DNA of 64,000 nucleotides from an uncultured Candidatus Jidaibacter sp. (GTDB lineage Bacteria; Pseudomonadota; Alphaproteobacteria; Rickettsiales; Midichloriaceae): NCBI GenBank assembly GCA_964458795.1, contig CAYWJW010000001.1, positions 14,083 to 78,082 of the forward strand, read 5' to 3'. Shown piece by piece: positions 56,621 to 64,000 of this stretch (position 1 is its first letter; each line of letters starts with the position of its first letter). The notes under the pieces were generated by a model. It saw only the letters and a program-made list of their open reading frames with translations, ran no database searches and was not told where the DNA came from. The position numbers and the translations under genes were made by a program.

Positions 56621-56650
56621 GTCATCCCGCTGCCTGACAGCGGGATCCAT
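56621..56650 (+). repeat. GTCA-hairpin-TCCAT element
   Basis: gtcatCCCGCTGcctgaCAGCGGGatccat. Confidence 0.7.
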
Positions 56651-56739
56651 GTGCTAATAGAAAATTATTTTTATTTTTAATTATTTGGGTCTATAACTCT
56701 CTTTCTATAAAGCGTTCTGAGTGTTAGTGAAGCCTTAAT

Positions 56740-56770
56740 ATGGAGCCCGCGATCGCAGTTGCGGGGTGAC
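56740..56770 (-). repeat. GTCA-hairpin-TCCAT element (minus orientation), just 3' of rnpB
   Basis: The reverse complement reads gtcaCCCCGCaactgcgatcGCGGGCtccat. Confidence 0.6.
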
Positions 56771-56797
56771 CATCGGGCATTCTGAAGGGTCTTCATA

Positions 56798-57172
56798 TAT
56801 GCTGCAGACAAGCTATAAGCCGGGTTCTGTTATAGACGATCATTTATCTAAGCCGGCTGATTACTCAGCTGGTCATGCAACCTACCCATGCACCTAGCGC
56901 CAGAACAAAGCGTTTAAAGTAAACTTTAGTGGCACATCTATTTGGTCTTGCTTCTGGTGGGGTTTTCCATGCGAACTCTATTGCTAGCGTCCCGGTGAGC
57001 TCTTACCTCGCCTTTTCACCATTACCCTCTCTTGCGAGCGGGCTGTATATTTTCTGTGGCACTTTCCCTAGGGTCACCCCCGCTGGAGGTTATCCAGCAC
57101 CATTGTTCTGTGAAGCCCGGACTTTCCTCTACAAGTTGCCTTGTAGCGATCATCCACTCGTCTGCAGTGAAG
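56798..57172 (-). ncRNA. rnpB: RNase P RNA, bacterial class A
   Basis: The minus strand contains GAGGAAAGTCCGGGCT (rc of 57113-57128), GGTAAGAGCTCACC and ACAGAACCCGGCTTA (rc of ~56815-56829). A P1 pairing joins CTGCAGACGAG (57167-57157) with CTTGTCTGCAG (56812-56802). The ends are approximate. Confidence 0.88.
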
Positions 57173-57280
57173 AGTAGTCTAACAGATTATTAGAACATCT
57201 TCAAATCCTTGTTGACATTTTTGGAGTCTGAATGAATAATGGGGCTCCTTGAAGGATTATTTATTAAATTTAGGATTACT

Positions 57281-57757
57281 ATGGGTTCATTTACAGCTGG
57301 TACATCATTTAAAAAATACGATGATGATAAAACATGGCATGTGATCGATGCTGAAGGTCTGGTTTTAGGCAGGCTAGCATCGCAGATTGCTAAGATTTTA
57401 CGTGGCAAACATAAAGCCGATTTCACTCCACATATTGATTCTGGTGATCATGTGATTGTCATCAATGCAGAAAAACTTGCTATCACTGGTAAAAAGCTTG
57501 ATAGAGATATTTTTTACTGGCACACTAATTACCCAGGTGGTATTAAGGAGCGAAGCAAAGGTCAGATCTTGCATGGTAAACATCCGCACAGAGTGCTTGA
57601 AAAAGCCGTTGAACGTATGATGCCTAAGGACAGCCCGCTTGCTCGCAAACAAATGAAGCACTTACATATATATGCAGGTAGCGAACATAAACAACAAGCT
57701 CAAACCCCAGTTGCGATGGATATTGCAGCTATGAATAGAAAGAATAAGAGGGACTAA
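57281..57757 (+). CDS. rplM: 50S ribosomal protein L13
   Basis: [29 protein letters not shown] and [12 protein letters not shown] chose the start at MGSF (57281) rather than the ORF-track 57239. Confidence 0.92.
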   Translation: MGSFTAGTSFKKYDDDKTWHVIDAEGLVLGRLASQIAKILRGKHKADFTPHIDSGDHVIVINAEKLAITGKKLDRDIFYWHTNYPGGIKERSKGQILHGKHPHRVLEKAVERMMPKDSPLARKQMKHLHIYAGSEHKQQAQTPVAMDIAAMNRKNKRD

Positions 57758-57761
57758 TAAC

Positions 57762-58205
57762 ATGGTAGTTAAAGCTCAAGCTAAAGAAAAAATTAAAATT
57801 TCCGACATTCTGCCGAAGGCGGGTCGTATCTATGCTACAGGCCGGAGGAAAGAAGCTTCCGCTCGTGTTTGGATCGCCAAAGGTAAAGGGCGTATTATAG
57901 TTAATGGTAAAGCCGTAGAAACTTATTTGGCTCGTCCGGTACTTCGGATGATTGTTAACCAACCTTTCGCAATCACCAATACTGCTGGTGCGTTTGATGT
58001 ATGGTGTACAGTAAAGGGTAGTGGTCTTTCAGGTCAGGCCGGTGCGATCAGACATGGTATAAGCCGCGCGCTTGATCAATCGGATCCAGCTCTTCACATG
58101 CTGTTGCGTCAAGGAACATTCCTAACGCGTGATAGCAGAGAAGTTGAGCGTAAGAAGTATGGACATAAGAAAGCTAGAAAACGCTTCCAGTTCTCTAAGC
58201 GTTAA
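57762..58205 (+). CDS. rpsI: 30S ribosomal protein S9
   Basis: [33 protein letters not shown]-like and a C-terminal [17 protein letters not shown]. Confidence 0.93.
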   Translation: MVVKAQAKEKIKISDILPKAGRIYATGRRKEASARVWIAKGKGRIIVNGKAVETYLARPVLRMIVNQPFAITNTAGAFDVWCTVKGSGLSGQAGAIRHGISRALDQSDPALHMLLRQGTFLTRDSREVERKKYGHKKARKRFQFSKR

Positions 58206-58349
58206 GAATTTCTGGAATTTTGTCATTCTTTGGAAAATCTCTGTAAGCTATATAGAGTTTTGTCGGAAGGTGCGTTGTTGGTGATTGCCTTGCCTACTAA
58301 GGTCAGGTATTGAGCTAGATTTTTTAACACTTAATGGTTAAATAGTAAA

Positions 58350-59060
58350 ATGCAAGAACATACAGAAAATAAGCTTTATAAGTATATTGAAGTAGAAGTA
58401 GAGGAAGCTAAAGCTGCTTTATCTCAGAATAATTCAAATACTCCGGAAGCTATTGAGAAGCTAAAAGCTCAACTTGATTCACTATGGAGTTCTATAAAGA
58501 CCCAAGGATTTGCAGAAGATACGGGTAACTATGAAGATTTTATGCCTCGCTATGCTATCATGCAGGGTATTATTGAAAAATCACAGATCCAGGCTTTAAA
58601 AGAAATTGAGCTAAGTCAGGTTGAGATTTCTGTAACTACACCAGGAATATATCCTCCACTTACGTTAGCAAATGGACAGAATTTAGCGGAGATTGATCTA
58701 AATAATTTTGCAGCTTTTGATCTATATAGAAAGCCAATCTTAGACCAGTTCTTAGAAGCTGGTGCTAAGATGAATGTTACTTATTGTCATAATGCTGAAT
58801 CTGCACTTGCAGATAAAGATGCAGATGGACTTAGGAATTATGCCGCAAACGTAGAAAAATATGGTATAATGGAGTTTCCTATTCTCAGAATTGATATGAA
58901 TGCATTCCCAAATGATCTTGTACAAACATGGTATCAAGCTACACATATGTCGCCGATTTCTGTAGAGGCCAACTACGCTGACAATAAAAGTAACGAGTGG
59001 GCTATAAGATTTGGTAGAGATGATCTTTTTTATTCTATGGAATTAAGTAGATTCCTGTAG
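58350..59060 (+). CDS. Hypothetical protein
   Basis: 236-aa ORF. I recognised no motif. Confidence 0.5.
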   Translation: MQEHTENKLYKYIEVEVEEAKAALSQNNSNTPEAIEKLKAQLDSLWSSIKTQGFAEDTGNYEDFMPRYAIMQGIIEKSQIQALKEIELSQVEISVTTPGIYPPLTLANGQNLAEIDLNNFAAFDLYRKPILDQFLEAGAKMNVTYCHNAESALADKDADGLRNYAANVEKYGIMEFPILRIDMNAFPNDLVQTWYQATHMSPISVEANYADNKSNEWAIRFGRDDLFYSMELSRFL

Positions 59061-59175
59061 AACCTATATACTATAATATACATAGTAGGGCCTGATATAA
59101 TTTGCGTAGGTACTATATGCTTTCACAGAAAAACCTAATTTTTGTAAGTTTATTTAAGTAGTAGAGTTATGAGTT

Positions 59176-59898
59176 ATGAACGAGAGAGAAAAACCATTTG
59201 ATGAAATTATTAAGGAACTTGAAGATAACACAGCCCCTGCAGTTCTCAATCTTGCTACTCTTACCATAGCGGATAATCGGCAAGAAATGCTGCTTGCATA
59301 CTCTTTGAACTTTAATACAAGTGTTACAAAAGTTTTATTTAAAACTGATGAACTTGATGATGAACAAATCACTAAGTTTGCCTTAAAATTAATAGACAAT
59401 GAGACAATTAATGAATTTGATTTCAGTAATTGCAGTATAAGAGATCTTAGGGTTGCAAATATTATTACATTATTGGAGAGAAATAGCGCCTTAAGATCGC
59501 TAAGTTTAAGAAATAATGCAATATCTTCTTTAGGTGCACTGACTTTATCCAATGCTTTGCAGAATACGGCTATTGTCTATTTTGATATTTCAGGCAACAG
59601 TGGTATAGAAGCTGCAGCAGCAAGATGTTTATGGCGTGCAGCTGCTAAAAACCCCAATATTATATCATTTGCATGCGATCATGGATGTAGTGATGCAAGC
59701 GCAAAAATAAAATTGCAAAGAGAAGAGGTAGTAAAGCTAGCTCGCGAATGGATTGAACACAAAGATAAAGGAACTCCTTTAACCAATTTGCTTGAACGTT
59801 CTAAAAAATGTGCCAGTGCTATAGAGTACGTTTTGCGCACAGAGCTTATGAGACCTGAACTCGCTTCTTCCTTTAAAGAAACTGGTTTAGCTATTTAA
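59176..59898 (+). CDS. Ribonuclease-inhibitor-type leucine-rich repeat protein
   Basis: It has about five 27-29-aa units, for example LRSLSLRNNAISSLGALTLSNALQNTA and IVYFDISGNSGIEAAAARCLWRAAAKNPN. The C-terminal helical module is shared with the next gene. Confidence 0.6.
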   Translation: MNEREKPFDEIIKELEDNTAPAVLNLATLTIADNRQEMLLAYSLNFNTSVTKVLFKTDELDDEQITKFALKLIDNETINEFDFSNCSIRDLRVANIITLLERNSALRSLSLRNNAISSLGALTLSNALQNTAIVYFDISGNSGIEAAAARCLWRAAAKNPNIISFACDHGCSDASAKIKLQREEVVKLAREWIEHKDKGTPLTNLLERSKKCASAIEYVLRTELMRPELASSFKETGLAI

Positions 59899-59912
59899 TA
59901 ATAAGAGGAAAT

Positions 59913-60503
59913 ATGCAAGATAGATACGACCCGCAATTAGAGATGATTTTATCAATGATTACTGCTGAAGATATGACTGCCCTTACGCTTTCTTTCCCCC
60001 CTCTGAGTGATGAAAATGCAAAACGTATTGCGTCAGCCATAGAAGAAAGTACGCACCTTGTAAAACTTACTTTTGATAAATGCAACTTTACTCCAGAGCA
60101 AACTACTATAATAACTAATGCCCTATATAAAAACCAGGCACTTATTGAATGCAATTTTACTAGGATAGCTTTGCGAAAAGCCGGAGTAATCGAATTAGCC
60201 CAGAAATGGATAGAGTATAAAGATTTAGGAGCACCTTTAACCAGACTACTTAAGTGCTTTGAAAAATATGCTTACGTCATACCCCATGTTTTAAGTGCGG
60301 ATCTTAAAAGATCTGATCTTTCTAAGTTATTCAATCAAGATTATGAAATGCAGAAATCTGCTGCTACTTTTTGGGTAGCTTATGGGATTACTAAAAATGT
60401 TCCTGAGTGCATCACAGTTGATATCTCGAATTGCATATCCGTTTATTTAAAGTATAGCGATATACAGTATGATAAAGCAGCAGAAGCAGAGGTAGGTGTT
60501 TGA
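59913..60503 (+). CDS. Ribonuclease-inhibitor-type LRR protein, shorter tandem paralog
   Basis: LTLSFPPLSDENAKRIASAIEESTH and LVKLTFDKCNFTPEQTTIITNALYKNQA. The C-terminal VIELAQKWIEYKDLGAPLTRLL parallels VVKLAREWIEHKDKGTPLTNLL. Confidence 0.55.
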   Translation: MQDRYDPQLEMILSMITAEDMTALTLSFPPLSDENAKRIASAIEESTHLVKLTFDKCNFTPEQTTIITNALYKNQALIECNFTRIALRKAGVIELAQKWIEYKDLGAPLTRLLKCFEKYAYVIPHVLSADLKRSDLSKLFNQDYEMQKSAATFWVAYGITKNVPECITVDISNCISVYLKYSDIQYDKAAEAEVGV

Positions 60504-60505
60504 CA

Positions 60506-61024
60506 CTATATAGGATTAGCTAGATTATATACAGTATCTATTTCCAGCTTACCCATGGTTATTGCTTGAACAATTAATTTTCCCTCAGAAACTTTGTATA
60601 TAATGCTATAGCTTGAAGTTCGCAGTTTTATTTTATAGCACTCTTCTAGCCCGGTTATTCTGTCCTTCATAATATGTGGATTGCTCAGTCGTTCAGCCAA
60701 TTTTTGCTTAAATTGCTTTTGTACTTTGAGGTTCAATTTATCCCATTCCTTCTTGGCTTTTTTTAGGAAGCTTAGTTTATAGTTATCTATATCCACTTCT
60801 ATTTCTTCATCCCCAGCTCTAGATTTTATCAGTTCTATTAACTGCAGATCCTCGATCATACCCATCATAGCTTCGTATCTTTTGGCAGGTACACAATAAA
60901 ACACCGGCTTGGTTCTATTTAAAATAGCTAAAGGCTTACCATGTGCACGTGCTACAGTTAACATGGGGTGTTTCTTTAATTCCGAAATGCTTGCAAACAT
61001 GCTAGTTAAAATTATGTGCTTCAT
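60506..61024 (-). CDS. Single-ORF fusion of a Phd/YefM-type antitoxin and a RelE/ParE-type toxin (possibly degenerate)
   Basis: The N-terminal part SISELKKHPMLTVARAHGKPLAILNRTKPVFYCVPAKRYEAMM is Phd/YefM-like. The C-terminal part YKLSFLKKAKKEWDKL...LSNPHI...GLEECYKIKLRTSSYSIIYKVSEGKLIVQAI is RelE/ParE-like. No stop codon lies between them. Confidence 0.55.
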   Translation of the reverse strand: MKHIILTSMFASISELKKHPMLTVARAHGKPLAILNRTKPVFYCVPAKRYEAMMGMIEDLQLIELIKSRAGDEEIEVDIDNYKLSFLKKAKKEWDKLNLKVQKQFKQKLAERLSNPHIMKDRITGLEECYKIKLRTSSYSIIYKVSEGKLIVQAITMGKLEIDTVYNLANPI

Positions 61025-61144
61025 AAGCGCCTCCTAGTTTACCTTAGGCACATATCAACATATTTTTCAAGAGAGCTTTTGCCTAGCAGCAACGACATAT
61101 CAAGTCTTATTAGTAGTTAACTCCAAATTTCCCTAGCAACAGTC

Positions 61145-61552
61145 CTAGTGTTTATGATGCAAGCTAAGCACACATTCTAAATAGTGGATTTCATGGGTAT
61201 GTTCATCTTTCACAAAGCAAGATTCATCTTGCTTTACTAGCTTATTTAGTTCGTCTAATCTGCGTTTCGCAGCTTCAACATTAACCTTGTCCTGTGCTAC
61301 AGCCATCTCAACCAGAACTGTGCAGCGTTCTGGCGTTACATCCGCAAATCCATCAGATATAGCAAATTTCATCATCTTGCCGCCTTCTGCTGAGTGCACC
61401 ATAACAATGCCTGGCTTCAAAGAAGAAACCATATTCATATGTTTCATAAGCACACCAAATCGGCCTTCGGTTCCTGGAAGCTCCACTTCCCAGCAATTGC
61501 CTTCAAAAATTAAAGCCTCTGGTGTAATAATCTGGAATACAAAATGGTGCAT
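61145..61552 (-). CDS. atpC: F0F1 ATP synthase subunit epsilon
   Basis: 135 aa: FQIITPEALIFEGNCWEVELPGTEGRFGVLMKHMNMVSSLKPG. Confidence 0.88.
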   Translation of the reverse strand: MHHFVFQIITPEALIFEGNCWEVELPGTEGRFGVLMKHMNMVSSLKPGIVMVHSAEGGKMMKFAISDGFADVTPERCTVLVEMAVAQDKVNVEAAKRRLDELNKLVKQDESCFVKDEHTHEIHYLECVLSLHHKH

Positions 61553-61557
61553 ATCAG

Positions 61558-62979
<1,422 letters not shown>

Positions 62980-63081
62980 CTATCTATTTTTTAAGTTGTT
63001 TTAATACCTCGAAATTGCTTTGGAGTAAAGCTTTTTATCACCTAACTTCGGGGTTACCTCATGAAAATTCTCCACACCATT

Positions 63082-63111
63082 GTCATACCATGGCTTGACC
63101 ATGGTATCCAT
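63082..63111 (+). repeat. GTCA-hairpin-TCCAT element
   Basis: gtcatACCATGGcttgaCCATGGTatccat. Confidence 0.65.
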
Positions 63112-63197
63112 AGTGCAAAATAAGATAACATAAGAGTTAGCATGTGCTTTCAATACTTGAGTACCCACATACTTTTGCGCTTCTTCATCTCTTCAAT

Positions 63198-63227
63198 ATG
63201 GACCCCGCTATCTAGTAGCGGGGCGAC
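63198..63227 (-). repeat. GTCA-hairpin-TCCAT element (minus orientation; coordinates +/- 3 nt)
   Basis: The reverse complement reads gtcgCCCCGCTActagaTAGCGGGGtccat. Confidence 0.6.
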
Positions 63228-63372
63228 AATATGAGGCACAGAGCTCTCTCATAAGGAGGTTAATGATTTTTTCATGAGGTTGCTGGTCCTGTAGAAATTT
63301 AAAATCAATCTTTTAAATATTTAACAAATGTGGTATCAAGAGCCATGTAATTGATTGTTGAACGAAACATCT

Positions 63373-64000
63373 ATGTACCTGAGCAAATATTTTTTACCGA
63401 TTTCAAAAGATGATCCGAAGGATGCGGCGATCATCTCGCATAAACTTTTGCTAAGAGCCGGTATGGTAAGGCAGCTTGCGGCCGGGCTTTATAACTGGTT
63501 GCCGCTCGGCTATAAAGTGCTTAGAAAAGTGGAGCAGATAATTCGCGAGGAAATGAACAATGCAGGCGCCATTGAAATTCTAATGCCAACCATGCAGCCG
63601 GTAGATCTTTGGAAGAAATCTGGCCGTTATGGGGCTGAGGGTGATTTAAGCTCGGAAATGCTTATTTTAACTGATCGCAATGGCAATGAGCTAACCTATG
63701 CTCCTACCGCTGAAGAAGTGATAGCTGATCTCTTTAAAAACACTGTGCAGTCCTATAAAGATTTGCCAAAAAATCTATATCAAGTTAGCTGGAAGTTTAG
63801 GGATGAAATTCGCCCGCGCTTCGGCCTTATGCGGGCTCGTGAATTTTTAATGAAGGATGCCTACTCATTTGATATTGATGAGGCAGGGGCGCTCATCTCA
63901 TACGAAAATATGTTTGTTGCATACCTAAGAGCCTTCAAACGCATGGGGCTGCGTGCAGTCCCTGTGAAGGCGGACACAGGAGCTATGGGTGGTGATCTAA
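63373..64000 (+). CDS. proS: Proline--tRNA ligase, N-terminal part (3' end outside window)
   Basis: Hand-translated [62 protein letters not shown]...[25 protein letters not shown]. The frame is open to the window end. Confidence 0.88.
   Translation, partial: MYLSKYFLPISKDDPKDAAIISHKLLLRAGMVRQLAAGLYNWLPLGYKVLRKVEQIIREEMNNAGAIEILMPTMQPVDLWKKSGRYGAEGDLSSEMLILTDRNGNELTYAPTAEEVIADLFKNTVQSYKDLPKNLYQVSWKFRDEIRPRFGLMRAREFLMKDAYSFDIDEAGALISYENMFVAYLRAFKRMGLRAVPVKADTGAMGGDL

Noticed and set aside
56929-57177. 82-aa plus-strand ORF from the track.
   Set aside because: It is entirely antisense to the RNase P RNA gene, whose conserved boxes explain the sequence.

Overview
This is an AT-rich (by eye) bacterial chromosome segment. 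The housekeeping backbone looks alphaproteobacterial: a PDH E2 beginning MPALSPTMTEG, an NtrX-type regulator, a 665-aa ParE and a class-A RNase P RNA. In order it carries the uvrB 3' end, cydAB, a PolB-exo-like exonuclease, eno, mgtA, an emrAB-like pair, recR, rpsU, bioY, gyrA, tolB, mreC, an SSS-fused histidine kinase, lpdA-pdhC, parE, one tRNA (anticodon CAT), ntrX, miaA-ruvB-lolD-rpmG, an L,D-transpeptidase, ampG-glmS, rnpB, rplM-rpsI, atpDC and the proS 5' end. Small islets of lineage-specific genes sit between these blocks. They resemble the cargo of an intracellular or host-associated bacterium (inference only). They include two beta-barrel surface proteins with an expandable Cys/His repeat, a duplicated two-gene cassette with an in-frame deleted copy, a YopJ-like H/D/C protein, two ribonuclease-inhibitor-type LRR proteins, two atypical ABC-ATPase paralogs, a fused Phd-RelE ORF plus a degraded antitoxin remnant, and several unknown membrane proteins. 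Three families of short interspersed repeats fill the intergenic space: a promoter-like GGGACTTCCAT...TATAnT module (7 copies), a MITE-like element with ATACCAATTCCAGTAAATAACTGTACAG inverted ends, and GTCA-hairpin-TCCAT elements. Two roughly 300-bp composite copies lie in inverted orientation around a 9.5-kb segment. I saw no rRNA, CRISPR array, transposase, integrase or prophage genes. All calls rest on reading the translations and the sequence, with no database search. Coordinates of features not on the ORF track were hand-counted against ORF anchors and may be off by a few nt.
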